This document shows positions 20,224-30,351 of a DNA stretch of 64,000 bases, piece after piece (within the stretch, counting starts at the first letter, position 1; each line of letters opens with the position of its first letter). Source of the stretch: Acutalibacteraceae bacterium (GTDB taxonomy: Bacteria; Bacillota; Clostridia; Oscillospirales; Acutalibacteraceae); NCBI GenBank assembly GCA_036310005.1, contig JAXJSP010000039.1, positions 2,378 to 66,377 of the forward strand. Reading direction: 5' to 3'. The notes beneath the pieces were generated by a model, which saw only the letters and a list, made by a program, of their open reading frames with translations, had not been told where the DNA came from and searched no databases. A program made the translations under genes and the position numbers.

Positions 20224-22344
20224 CTATTTTTGAGTAGTCCTTGAAATTATATCATCCTGTATGCTTTCATTCAATCTCACAAAATAATCTGAAAAACCTG
20301 TTACACGCACACGCAGACTTTTATAATCTTCGGGGCTTGCTTTTGCGTTGATTAAATCCTCCTTTGAAACATAGGTTAATTGGAAATGAATTCCGCCATT
20401 TTTAAAATAAGTTTCAAACATATCAACTGTTTTTTCAAAATTATCATCATTCTTAACAAGTTGCTCATCAATAGATATATTTGTAACCGTTGAGCCGCAA
20501 GAGATACCGTAAGGGTCAAGTTTTGCGATTGAATTAAGCAGAGCCGAAAGTCCGTTTCTGTCACGACTCTCACTTTGTCCGATACCGAACTTAACTAAAT
20601 CACCGTTATATCTTCCGTCGGGAGTTGCCATAGTTTGCTCGCCGAACCATTTATGGTGTTCGTTATAACCGAGCAAATCACCGACAAGCCACTGATAACC
20701 GAAAACATTCTTTCTGTCCTTCATAAAATCATAAAAACTCTTATAAAGTCTTTGAGCGACATAGTTTGACAAGTCATCATCATTACCGAAAAACTTACCC
20801 TTTTTCAAAATTAAGCAGCGTAAATATTCATAGTTTTGCCAATTGTTTTTAACCGCTTTGATAAGTTCGGACATAGTAACAATTTTTTCATCATATATAA
20901 ACTGCTTTACGACTATTAATGAATCAATAACATTTGTAATGCCAAGCAGCATCGGCGATGCAATAACTATATCTCCTCCGCCTTGTGTTAAACTTTTAGC
21001 ATTTTCAATACAGTCATTAAAAATAAGGCTTGAAACATAATTTATATCTTTTGCGCGTTGTATATTGTACTTATTATCATAATCGAAGCCGGTCCGCAAA
21101 TCGGAAAATAACTCTTTTTCAAATACTCTGTAAAAGCTTTCAAAATCGGGGCAATTCTTAATTTCCTCTGATCTTTTATGAAAAAGATTATCAACGCACC
21201 TGACAATATTTATCTTTGAGTTGCTGCCTGTTATAGCACCGAGAAAAGCCGGTTCGTTACATCCGACCATTGTATAATTAACTGCTCGTTCAAACGGAAA
21301 ACCGCAGATTTGCGTATAGCACTTTATTCTCTTTTCATCGTTTGTGAAAGCAATTCTTTTATACTCGTCATTTCTTTCTGCATCCATAACGAATTTTAAT
21401 ACTTCTTTGGGAGTTTTCTTAGTCCAGCGCAGAGTTATTTCAGGACAATGTGTAGGTATATCCATTAGGCTCTCTACGATAAGTTTTGAAACCTCATTGA
21501 ATGCATCCTCTCCGTCTGGCAGATATCCGCCTATACAAAAGTGAGATTGTCCGCCGCGAGTGAAATTAGGTGTATTTACGGGAGTTTTAGATTGCAACAA
21601 AAGGAACAATTCTTGCAAGTATTCTTTCGCTTCATCTTTTGTAATTATTCCTTTTTTAATATCATTTTCATAAAAAGGTGTTAAGTATCTGTCGAGAGTT
21701 CCTACGCTGTCGGGGTCTAAACTGAAACAAATATATATTGAAAGTACCGCCTCATAAAAATCAGACGGTTTATTTTTCGGCACAGTTAAAAGCGCTTTAG
21801 ATAATTTTAAAAGGTTTTGTTTATATTCATTTTCTTCAACTGTTTTAGCAAATTCTAATACTTTTTCAGAACAAAGTTCTGCCCATTTAATAAAAGTTTG
21901 CGCAACTTTTTTCAAGCCCAGTAAAAACTCGATTTCTTCTTTTTTATCGTGTGTTTTTAAGGACTCGTCAATTTTATCAATAATTCCTGATACACCGCAT
22001 TTTAAAACTGAGGTGTAATCACCTGTTGCGTGTTGCCATTCCATAGTAGAAAGATTGTCAATAGATTTTAAATAAAACTCAGACATCGCTTTGCCGGTTT
22101 CTAAATGACCGTTTCTTTCAAAAGCATCGCCGACAACACTTCCGTCAAATCTGAAAAAACCTGTCATATTGGAATACTTTGTGATTTTAGGTTCCTGATT
22201 TAAAATATACTCACAAATTCGTTTAACTTCCATATCTGATTTGGATAAGAACAAGTCTTCACGGTCAAACTTTGTTTTTACTGTATCTACATACATTTCA
22301 CCATTTAAAGTTAACTGTGTAAGTTTTTTAATTCTATTTGTCAT
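20224..22344 (-). CDS. Glycyl radical enzyme, pyruvate formate-lyase-like superfamily, short form (706 aa)
   Basis: C-terminal glycyl radical motif SLRVRVTGFSDYF (Gly683 codon 20296-20298). Cys loop MVGCNEPAF (Cys362 codon 21259-21261). Activase encoded in the same operon. Confidence 0.85.
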   Translation of the reverse strand: MTNRIKKLTQLTLNGEMYVDTVKTKFDREDLFLSKSDMEVKRICEYILNQEPKITKYSNMTGFFRFDGSVVGDAFERNGHLETGKAMSEFYLKSIDNLSTMEWQHATGDYTSVLKCGVSGIIDKIDESLKTHDKKEEIEFLLGLKKVAQTFIKWAELCSEKVLEFAKTVEENEYKQNLLKLSKALLTVPKNKPSDFYEAVLSIYICFSLDPDSVGTLDRYLTPFYENDIKKGIITKDEAKEYLQELFLLLQSKTPVNTPNFTRGGQSHFCIGGYLPDGEDAFNEVSKLIVESLMDIPTHCPEITLRWTKKTPKEVLKFVMDAERNDEYKRIAFTNDEKRIKCYTQICGFPFERAVNYTMVGCNEPAFLGAITGSNSKINIVRCVDNLFHKRSEEIKNCPDFESFYRVFEKELFSDLRTGFDYDNKYNIQRAKDINYVSSLIFNDCIENAKSLTQGGGDIVIASPMLLGITNVIDSLIVVKQFIYDEKIVTMSELIKAVKNNWQNYEYLRCLILKKGKFFGNDDDLSNYVAQRLYKSFYDFMKDRKNVFGYQWLVGDLLGYNEHHKWFGEQTMATPDGRYNGDLVKFGIGQSESRDRNGLSALLNSIAKLDPYGISCGSTVTNISIDEQLVKNDDNFEKTVDMFETYFKNGGIHFQLTYVSKEDLINAKASPEDYKSLRVRVTGFSDYFVRLNESIQDDIISRTTQK

Positions 22345-22483
22345 TATTGACTCCTCCTTTACTATTTTAAGAATAATGCCTATTAATTAAATAGTAAATG
22401 TCAACTATGATACTTTTGTCATTTACAACACTTACTTTACAAACAATTTAACTTGTGTTAAGATTACGTAGGGTGGTAAAATT

Positions 22484-23251
22484 ATGGAAAATGTTCATAT
22501 TTCAAAAATACAATCTGTTATATTTGTTGAACCTTTAAGCGACAACATAAAAAGAGGTGTTTTTGGAAATAATCTTTATTTTTACGAGTTAGTATTTAAG
22601 ATTTCGGGAGAGAGCATTATTAGTTTTAACAATAAAAAAATTCACCTCACTCCAAATTCTGTTATGATTTTACCTAAATCAAATAATGTAGAATATTATG
22701 TTGATTACATAAAGCAAGGTGAATGTATAGATGTGTTTTTCGACACTGAAAATTTGCTACCAAAAGAGGCATATAAAATAGATACTTCAAATAATATCAA
22801 GTTGAATAATTTGTTTGTTAAAATTCATAAGATTTGGACAAGCAGACAGCAAGGATATTACAATAAGTGTATGTCTTTACTTTATGAGATTTTCAGCGAG
22901 ATAGAAAAAACAAAATATACGCCATCATCAAAAGTTAAGCGACTAAAATTAGGCATTGAGTATCTTAATACGAACGCATTATCTCAAGATATTGATTATC
23001 TGAAACCTGCAAAGTTATGTAATGTTTGCCCTACCTATTTTCGCAGAGCATTCAAAGAAATCTACGGTATTTCCCCTTTTGAGTATGTTAAAAAAATCAG
23101 AATTGATTATGCAAAAGAATTATTACTGCTAAATCAATATTCTGTATCTGACATTTCAAATCTTTGCGGATACTCAGATGTTTACCAATTTTCAAAACAA
23201 TTTAAGAATACTGTCGGAGTTTCTCCAAAAAATTATCGGCAGTTTTCATAA
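22484..23251 (+). CDS. AraC-family transcriptional regulator, divergent from the GRE operon
   Basis: C-terminal HTH (CPTYFRRAFKEIYGISPFEY, GYSDVYQFSKQFKNTVGVSPKNY). Confidence 0.85.
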   Translation: MENVHISKIQSVIFVEPLSDNIKRGVFGNNLYFYELVFKISGESIISFNNKKIHLTPNSVMILPKSNNVEYYVDYIKQGECIDVFFDTENLLPKEAYKIDTSNNIKLNNLFVKIHKIWTSRQQGYYNKCMSLLYEIFSEIEKTKYTPSSKVKRLKLGIEYLNTNALSQDIDYLKPAKLCNVCPTYFRRAFKEIYGISPFEYVKKIRIDYAKELLLLNQYSVSDISNLCGYSDVYQFSKQFKNTVGVSPKNYRQFS

Positions 23252-23281
23252 AACTGCCGATTTGTTTAATTAAACAAAATT

Positions 23282-23872
23282 TTATTCAAAATACATTAAG
23301 CCGAACATACTCGGATTGTGAAAAGCAGAAACCTGCTCGACAACAGGGCACCATGATAAATAATGTTCTTGAACACAAAGTTCGCCGCATTTATATAGAT
23401 TTGCTTTTATCTTTTTACCGCTTTCGAGTTTAAATTCAGGAAAAAATCTGTTGATAAACTCACATGGAATTTTATAAAAAACTTCCCAACCGTCTTCGGT
23501 TTTATTTATCTTCAAATCAAAAAGTTCTTTAAAATCGACAACAAGCCTTACAAGATTGTCAACAGACGAGCCAAAGCCTAAAAAAACGCATCCTGCAAGA
23601 TTAATTTCAATATTAAAATATCGTAATTCATCGCTGTTCGGACAAAAGAAAAATTCAAGGCAACTGTCTTTACAAGGCGCACCGAGAATATCTGTTTCCT
23701 CGCTTCTTATATCCTTTTCGACAGCACGAAGATGGACTAAAATTTCTTGCTTTTTGTATGCCACCTGTCCGTAAGCAAAAATACCCTTCGCCTTTTCACC
23801 GTAAGGCGTATCAATATTGATTACGGGGACATTCTGCCAACCATTAAATTTTTGAATTAAATAGTGTTTCAT
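23282..23872 (-). CDS. CBM9/DOMON-like carbohydrate-binding-fold protein, cytoplasmic
   Basis: ORF 23282..23926. Start moved to ATG 23870-23872 (MKHYLIQ), about 10 nt after aaggaa. CLEFFFCPN...YFNIEIN pattern. Assignment is by family resemblance only. Confidence 0.4.
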   Translation of the reverse strand: MKHYLIQKFNGWQNVPVINIDTPYGEKAKGIFAYGQVAYKKQEILVHLRAVEKDIRSEETDILGAPCKDSCLEFFFCPNSDELRYFNIEINLAGCVFLGFGSSVDNLVRLVVDFKELFDLKINKTEDGWEVFYKIPCEFINRFFPEFKLESGKKIKANLYKCGELCVQEHYLSWCPVVEQVSAFHNPSMFGLMYFE

Positions 23873-24039
23873 TTCAATCATTTCCTTGTTTTTATACATC
23901 TTAACAAATTGTACAACACTTGTCAATAAGGGTATATTCCGAAAACACTATCTGTTTTTAATTTAAAATACTTTTATTTATTGATTAAATTTTACTGATA
24001 TGTTATAATAATTAATTGATAATAGAGGGAGTTGAGTGT

Positions 24040-24543
24040 TTGAGAGTATTAGGAATTGACCCGGGTTATGCAATAGTCGGATGCGGCATTTTAGATTACA
24101 AATCAAGCAGATTTACTGTTGTTGACCAAAGGGCTATAACAACGCCGGCGAAAACTGATTTTAATATCAGGCTCGAACTTCTTTACAACGATATAAAAAA
24201 CCTAATAGATATATTTAAACCTGATGCTTTAAGCATAGAAAAACTGTATTTTAACACAAATACAACTACCGCTATTGCAGTTGCGGAAGCACGCGGAGTT
24301 ATTTTACTTGCGGCACAACAATCAAGAATACCGATTTATGAATACACTCCTTTACAAATCAAGCAAGCGGTTACAGGTTACGGTAAGGCGGACAAGCATC
24401 AGATGATTGAAATGACAAAAACACTTTTGGGATTAAGACAAAACCCAAAACCCGATGACGTTGCCGATGCATTGGCTGCTGCAATATGTCACGCGCACAG
24501 CGCCGGAACTATTAATGATTTTATAAATAAAGGGGGCTTTTAG
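24040..24543 (+). CDS. ruvC: Holliday junction resolvase RuvC
   Basis: ORF 24016..24543. TTG at 24040 gives the canonical (M)RVLGIDPGYA start 9 nt after gaggga. Confidence 0.85.
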   Translation: MRVLGIDPGYAIVGCGILDYKSSRFTVVDQRAITTPAKTDFNIRLELLYNDIKNLIDIFKPDALSIEKLYFNTNTTTAIAVAEARGVILLAAQQSRIPIYEYTPLQIKQAVTGYGKADKHQMIEMTKTLLGLRQNPKPDDVADALAAAICHAHSAGTINDFINKGGF

Positions 24544-25143
24544 GTGATTCACTCTTTAAACGGAAAATTAATATACACAGATTTGAATTGTGTTGTTATC
24601 GAATGTGGCGGTGTTGGTTTTTCTTGCTTTGCATCTGCAAACACGATAACGAAACTTCCGCAAGTAAATAACAACATAATGCTATATACTTACCTCAATG
24701 TTAAAGAAGATGCACTTGATTTATATGCATTTATAGATTTAGAAGAACTTAAAATATTTAAGACTCTAATTACAGTAAGCGGAGTCGGACCTAAAATTGC
24801 TCTTTCAATATTAAGCGAACTGTCGCCTGATAAATTGGTTTCTGCAATAATAAGCGCTAACACAAAGGCTATTTCAAATGCAAGCGGTGTAGGTGCGAAA
24901 ATGGCGCAAAGAATTTGTCTTGAGCTTAAAGATAAAGTCGGAAAAGGCAGTTTTGAAATTGTCGGTCAAGATGTTCCGATTTCAACCGCACAGTCGCAAA
25001 ATATCAGCGATGCGATTGAAGCCCTCACCTCTCTTGGCTACACACAAAACGAGGCATCGTCTGCAATCAGCAAATTAGACGGTACTCTACCGGTCGAACA
25101 ACTAATTAAGCAAGGATTAATTATGCTTGCCAAAAAACTGTAA
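24544..25143 (+). CDS. ruvA: Holliday junction helicase subunit RuvA
   Basis: GTG start directly after the ruvC stop. LISVSGVGPKIA helix-hairpin-helix motifs. Confidence 0.9.
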   Translation: MIHSLNGKLIYTDLNCVVIECGGVGFSCFASANTITKLPQVNNNIMLYTYLNVKEDALDLYAFIDLEELKIFKTLITVSGVGPKIALSILSELSPDKLVSAIISANTKAISNASGVGAKMAQRICLELKDKVGKGSFEIVGQDVPISTAQSQNISDAIEALTSLGYTQNEASSAISKLDGTLPVEQLIKQGLIMLAKKL

Positions 25144-25157
25144 AGGAGAGATAAATA

Positions 25158-26192
25158 ATGGACGAATTTGATTTTCAAAACAGAATTGTGATGCCTGAGT
25201 ATGACAATTCCGATTATGAAATAGAACAATCTCTCAGACCTAAAACACTTGATGAATATATCGGTCAGGATAAAGCAAAAGAAAATCTCTCAATTTACAT
25301 GCAAGCGGCAAAAAAAAGAGAAGAACCGCTTGACCATGTGTTGCTTTACGGACCTCCCGGTTTAGGAAAGACAACACTTGCGGGTATTATCGCAAATGAA
25401 ATGGGTACTAACTTGCACGTTACTTCGGGACCCGCTATTGAAAAGCAAGGTGATTTAGCCGCACTGCTAAGTCATATTGGCCCGGGCGATGTGCTGTTTA
25501 TTGATGAAATTCACAGATTAAGCCATGCAATAGAAGAAATACTTTATCCGGCGATGGAAGATTACGGAATAGACTTTATTGTCGGTAAAGGCCCCGGAGC
25601 AAGAAGTGTCAGACTTCCAATACCGAGATTTACTCTTATCGGCGCTACTACCCGTTCCGGCAAACTTGCAGCACCACTTCGCGACAGATTCGGAGTTTTG
25701 TTAAGACTTGAACTGTACTCAAACGAGCAACTTTCAGATATTGTTAAGCGTTCTGCAAATGTTTTAAACATCAAAGTTGAAGATGACGGTGCTTTGGAAA
25801 TCGCATCGCGTTCAAGAGGAACCCCGAGAATTGCAAACAGGTTATTAAAAAGAGTACGAGATTTTGCAGAGGTAATTCACGGTGGTGTAATCACAAAAAA
25901 AGTTGCAAAAGAAGCGCTTGACAGATTTGAAATTGATGAACTCGGACTTGATGATTTTGACAGGAAGATGCTTTCTGTTATTATTGAAAATTACAACGGA
26001 GGACCTGTAGGTCTTGATACTTTAGCCGCTGCTGTCGGTGATGACGCAGCAACAATCGAAGATGTATACGAGCCATATCTAATGCAAATCGGTTTCTTAA
26101 CTAGAACACCGAGAGGAAGATGTGTAACATTTAAGGCTTTCAAACATTTAGGCTATGACTTACCAGACCAGCAGTCGTTTACAGATATATAA
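25158..26192 (+). CDS. ruvB: Holliday junction helicase RuvB
   Basis: [12 protein letters not shown] and Walker [15 protein letters not shown]. 344 aa. Confidence 0.95.
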   Translation: MDEFDFQNRIVMPEYDNSDYEIEQSLRPKTLDEYIGQDKAKENLSIYMQAAKKREEPLDHVLLYGPPGLGKTTLAGIIANEMGTNLHVTSGPAIEKQGDLAALLSHIGPGDVLFIDEIHRLSHAIEEILYPAMEDYGIDFIVGKGPGARSVRLPIPRFTLIGATTRSGKLAAPLRDRFGVLLRLELYSNEQLSDIVKRSANVLNIKVEDDGALEIASRSRGTPRIANRLLKRVRDFAEVIHGGVITKKVAKEALDRFEIDELGLDDFDRKMLSVIIENYNGGPVGLDTLAAAVGDDAATIEDVYEPYLMQIGFLTRTPRGRCVTFKAFKHLGYDLPDQQSFTDI

Positions 26193-26193
26193 A

Positions 26194-27060
26194 ATGAGAA
26201 CTATTACTAATTTTTACGATTATGAATTGCTTGACGCGTCTTGCGGAGAAAAACTTGAGCGATGGAAAGATATTATACTAATCAGACCTGACCCTCAGAT
26301 AATCTGGAAAACCGAAAAGGCACATCCGTTATGGAAAAATGCTCACGCAAGATACATACGCTCTAATGCAGGCGGCGGTCATTGGGAAAAGTATAAAAAC
26401 ATTCCGGATGTATGGTCAGTAAAATTTAAAAATTTAACTTTTAATTTAAAACCGATGGGATTTAAACACACAGGACTTTTTCCCGAGCAAGCGGTCAACT
26501 GGGATTTTGCGATTAATAAACTCAAAAACATTGACAATGCAAATGTTTTAAATTTATTCGGATACACCGGTGCTGCTTCTTTGGCTTGTGCTTTTGCCGG
26601 TGCAAAAGTTACACATGTTGATGCATCAAAAGGCATGGTACTTTGGGCAAAAGATAATGCAAAAGCAAGCGGACTTGAAGACAAGCCCATACGCTGGTTA
26701 GTTGATGACTGTGTTAAATTTGTTAAAAGAGAAATTAGGCGTCAAAACAAATACCAGGCAATAATAATGGATCCGCCTTCATACGGTAAAGGTCCCTCAG
26801 GCGAAATTTGGCGACTTGAAGATAACATTTATGAGTTGCTTGAACTGTGCGAACAACTTCTCGCTGACGATGCAGTATTTTTTATATTAAATTCTTATAC
26901 GACAGGGCTTTCCCCTTCTGTTATGGAATATATGATGTCAAGCATTATATCTAAAAAGCATGGCGGAAAAGTAACAAGCGACGAAATAGGTATTAAAGTT
27001 ACTCAAAGCAAACTTGTACTTCCCTGCGGCAATACCGCAATATGGCAAAAAACTTTTTGA
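26194..27060 (+). CDS. Class I SAM-dependent methyltransferase (RlmI/RlmK-like catalytic domain)
   Basis: ORF 26155..27060. Start moved to ATG 26194, 1 nt after the ruvB stop. LNLFGYTGAASL and IIMDPPSYG motifs. Confidence 0.75.
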   Translation: MRTITNFYDYELLDASCGEKLERWKDIILIRPDPQIIWKTEKAHPLWKNAHARYIRSNAGGGHWEKYKNIPDVWSVKFKNLTFNLKPMGFKHTGLFPEQAVNWDFAINKLKNIDNANVLNLFGYTGAASLACAFAGAKVTHVDASKGMVLWAKDNAKASGLEDKPIRWLVDDCVKFVKREIRRQNKYQAIIMDPPSYGKGPSGEIWRLEDNIYELLELCEQLLADDAVFFILNSYTTGLSPSVMEYMMSSIISKKHGGKVTSDEIGIKVTQSKLVLPCGNTAIWQKTF

Positions 27061-27070
27061 GGTGAATTTA

Positions 27071-27913
27071 TTGGACAATATTATAGAACTTAAAAATGTA
27101 GGTTTTGTGTATTCAAATGATGAGGATATACTGCCTTTGCCTGTTCTTAATAAAATTAATCTCAATATAAAGCGAGGTTCTTTTACAGCAATATTAGGGC
27201 ATAACGGTTCCGGAAAATCGACTCTTGCAAAATTACTAAACGGATTAATTAAGCCGACTGAAGGTACCGTGCTGGTAAACGGAATAGATACTAAAAATGA
27301 AGATAGAATTTATGACATAAGAAAGACAGTCGGCATGGTTTTTCAAAACCCCGATAATCAAATGGTATCTACAATTGTCGAAGAAGACGTTGCATTCGGG
27401 CCTGAAAATATCGGCATACATCCCGAAGAAATCAAAAAAAGAGTTGACGATGCGCTCAACTGTGTATCAATGAGTGAATACAGAAAACATGATACAAACC
27501 GGCTTTCCGGCGGACAAAAGCAACGAATTGCAATTGCAGGAATGTTAGCGTTAAAACCCGAATGTCTTGTTCTGGACGAACCTACTGCGATGATTGACCC
27601 TAAAGGCAGAAAAGAAGTTATTGATACAATTAAAAAACTAAACAAAGAGTTAAATATCACAGTAGTAATGATTACTCACTATATGGAGGAAGCATCTCTT
27701 GCCGACAGGACCGTAGTTATAGATGACGGTGATATTATTTTAGACGGAACACCTAGAGAAGTTTTTTCTAATGTAGAAAAATTAAAGTCGGTAGGGCTTG
27801 ACATACCGCAGCCTGCTGAACTTGTTTACAAATTAAACAAATCAGGATTTAATTTACCTGATGATTTACTGTTCATTGACGAAACAGTAAAAGAAATTAT
27901 TAAAACACTTTAA
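27071..27913 (+). CDS. ecfA1: Energy-coupling factor transporter ATPase EcfA1
   Basis: TTG 27071 lies 6 nt after gaggtg. Walker A GHNGSGKST, signature LSGGQKQR and Walker B LVLDEPT. Confidence 0.9.
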   Translation: MDNIIELKNVGFVYSNDEDILPLPVLNKINLNIKRGSFTAILGHNGSGKSTLAKLLNGLIKPTEGTVLVNGIDTKNEDRIYDIRKTVGMVFQNPDNQMVSTIVEEDVAFGPENIGIHPEEIKKRVDDALNCVSMSEYRKHDTNRLSGGQKQRIAIAGMLALKPECLVLDEPTAMIDPKGRKEVIDTIKKLNKELNITVVMITHYMEEASLADRTVVIDDGDIILDGTPREVFSNVEKLKSVGLDIPQPAELVYKLNKSGFNLPDDLLFIDETVKEIIKTL

Positions 27914-27925
27914 TCGGAGGACACA

Positions 27926-28783
27926 ATGGCAATTCTTCAGGCAGATGGACTGACCTATATATACGGTAAAAATACGCCATATCAAAAAGAGGCAGTCACT
28001 AATGTTAATCTGAAAATTGAAAAGCCTTGTTTAGCGGCACTTATCGGACATACCGGTTCCGGTAAGTCAACATTGGTACAAATGTTAAACGGGCTTATTA
28101 AACCGACAAGCGGAAAAGTATTTTTAAACGGTAAAGATATTTGGGAAGACGAGGATAACATTAGACAAATCAGATTTAAAGTCGGTATTGTATTTCAATA
28201 TCCCGAATATCAGTTGTTTGAAGATACGGTTGAAAAAGATATTGCCTTTGGACCAAAAAACTTAGGCTTAAATGATGAAGAAATTAAAAGAAGAGTTTTA
28301 TGGGCATCAGAAACAGTAGGACTAAACAAAGAACTGTTAGCAAAATCGCCATTTGATTTATCGGGCGGTGAAAAAAGGCGTGCGGCAATTGCCGGTGTTT
28401 TAGCGATGCAGCCTGAAGTTTTAATTCTTGATGAGCCTACTGCCGGACTTGACCCGAAGGGCAGAGATAATCTTTTAAAACAAATTGTAAAATATCAAAA
28501 AGAAAATAATAAAACAGTTATAATTGTTTCGCATTCAATGGAAGATGTAGCAAAAATTGCTGATGAAGTTTTTGTAATGTACAACGGACAGTTAGAAATG
28601 AGCGGTACAACAAAAGAAGTTTTCTCTAACAGCGAAAAACTTGAGAACATGTCATTATCTGTTCCGCAAATAACAAAACTTATGAAAAAAATCAAAAACA
28701 GCGGATTTGATATTGACGATAACATTTTAACTGTAGATGAAGCAGTAAAGGCACTGCTAAAATTGAAAGACGGTGCAAAATAA
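27926..28783 (+). CDS. ecfA2: Energy-coupling factor transporter ATPase EcfA2
   Basis: GHTGSGKST, LSGGEKRR and LILDEPT. SD ggagga. Confidence 0.9.
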   Translation: MAILQADGLTYIYGKNTPYQKEAVTNVNLKIEKPCLAALIGHTGSGKSTLVQMLNGLIKPTSGKVFLNGKDIWEDEDNIRQIRFKVGIVFQYPEYQLFEDTVEKDIAFGPKNLGLNDEEIKRRVLWASETVGLNKELLAKSPFDLSGGEKRRAAIAGVLAMQPEVLILDEPTAGLDPKGRDNLLKQIVKYQKENNKTVIIVSHSMEDVAKIADEVFVMYNGQLEMSGTTKEVFSNSEKLENMSLSVPQITKLMKKIKNSGFDIDDNILTVDEAVKALLKLKDGAK

Positions 28784-29628
28784 TGCTTGAAAACATCACT
28801 ATCGGACAGTATTTTGCGACAAATTCAATTATTCACCGCTTAGACCCGAGAATTAAATTATTATTAAGTCTTACTCTTATTATCGGTGTATTTTTTATAG
28901 ACAGTTATTTAATGATGGCTATAAGTATTTTTGTTTGCTTTGCATTTATGATAACTTCAAAAATTCAAATTAAGATGTATTTAAAAATGCTTAAAGCGAT
29001 ACTGCCTATAATAATCATTACATCATTTTTAAATATTTTTTATAATTCGGAAGGCAAGACTATCTTTTCATACGGAATCATAAATATTACAACAGGCGGA
29101 ATACAAAAAGTAGTTTTAATATCCTTTAGAATTTGTTTACTTATTATATTTTCTTCTATGTTGACATATACAACTTCTCCTACCGAACTTACTGACGCTA
29201 TTGAAAGGTTACTGTCCCCTCTTAAGTTTATAGGCTTAGGCGAAACTGTACACATTTTGGCAATGATGACTTCAATTGCTTTAAGATTTATTCCTATTTT
29301 AATTGAAGAAGTTGATAAAATAACATCTGCACAAAAAGCGCGTGGAGCCGATATTGAATCCGGAAATTTATTAAAAAGAATTAAGGCTTTAATACCGATA
29401 CTTATTCCTTTGTTAATCTCTGCAACAAGGCGCGCTTATGATTTAGCAGAGGCTATGGAATGCAGATGTTATCACGGCGGCAAAGGCAGAACTAAAATGA
29501 AACAGTTGCATTTATCTTATCAAGATTTTATTGCTTGTGCTGTAATTATTCTGTTTTTATGCTTAATAATTTTTGGAAAGGTTTATTATACCGACTTTGA
29601 AACGACTTTTATTAACTCTATCGTATGA
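28783..29628 (+). CDS. ecfT: Energy-coupling factor transporter transmembrane subunit EcfT
   Basis: Polytopic membrane protein with the AQKARG / ARRAYDLAEAMECR coupling-helix motif. Confidence 0.9.
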   Translation: MLENITIGQYFATNSIIHRLDPRIKLLLSLTLIIGVFFIDSYLMMAISIFVCFAFMITSKIQIKMYLKMLKAILPIIIITSFLNIFYNSEGKTIFSYGIINITTGGIQKVVLISFRICLLIIFSSMLTYTTSPTELTDAIERLLSPLKFIGLGETVHILAMMTSIALRFIPILIEEVDKITSAQKARGADIESGNLLKRIKALIPILIPLLISATRRAYDLAEAMECRCYHGGKGRTKMKQLHLSYQDFIACAVIILFLCLIIFGKVYYTDFETTFINSIV

Positions 29629-30331
29629 CGGGACAAATTATCACGGATGGCAAGTGCAAAAAAATGCTGATACAATACAGGCAAATGTTCAAAAAGCACT
29701 TGAAAAGGTTTTATCATATCGACCTAATGTTACCGGCTGTTCAAGAACTGATGCCGGTGTGCATGCAAATATGTTTTGTTGCCATTTTAACAGCGATACG
29801 GACATCTCTGTTGATAAGTTACCGGTCGCGTTAAATGCACATTTGCCTCAAGATATCAGAGTATTAAAATGTGAACATGTTAATAATGATTTTCATTCAA
29901 GATACTCCTGTAAGGCAAAAAACTACATCTATAAAATTTATAACAGTAATATAGACAGTCCTTTTTTGTATAAATATTCTTTGAAGTATTCTAAAAAAAT
30001 TGATATTGCTTTATTAGATAAAGAAGCAAAAGATTTTATAGGCACCTATGATTTTTCTGCGTTTTGTGCAAGCAAAAGCAGTATTGAAGACAAAACAAGA
30101 ACTGTTAAAGAGTTTGATGTATTTGAAAAAGACGATATTATAATTTTCAGCGTAACTGCCGACGGGTTTTTATACAATATGGTAAGAATTATGGTCGGTA
30201 CATTACTTGCGATAAATGAAAATAAAATTCAAAAAGGCACTATTAAAGATATTATAAAATCAAAGCAAAGAAATAACGCCGGTAAAACAGCACCTGCACA
30301 TGCATTATATTTAAACAAAGTATATTATTAA
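29597..30331 (+). CDS. truA: tRNA pseudouridine(38-40) synthase TruA
   Basis: ORF 29573..30331. In-frame TTG 29597 gives (M)KRLLLTLSYDGTNYHGWQVQ. Catalytic motif RTDAGVHA. Start choice is uncertain and overlaps the ecfT end. Confidence 0.85.
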   Translation: MKRLLLTLSYDGTNYHGWQVQKNADTIQANVQKALEKVLSYRPNVTGCSRTDAGVHANMFCCHFNSDTDISVDKLPVALNAHLPQDIRVLKCEHVNNDFHSRYSCKAKNYIYKIYNSNIDSPFLYKYSLKYSKKIDIALLDKEAKDFIGTYDFSAFCASKSSIEDKTRTVKEFDVFEKDDIIIFSVTADGFLYNMVRIMVGTLLAINENKIQKGTIKDIIKSKQRNNAGKTAPAHALYLNKVYY

Positions 30332-30351
30332 GTTCAAGGAGGTAGTTTTAT

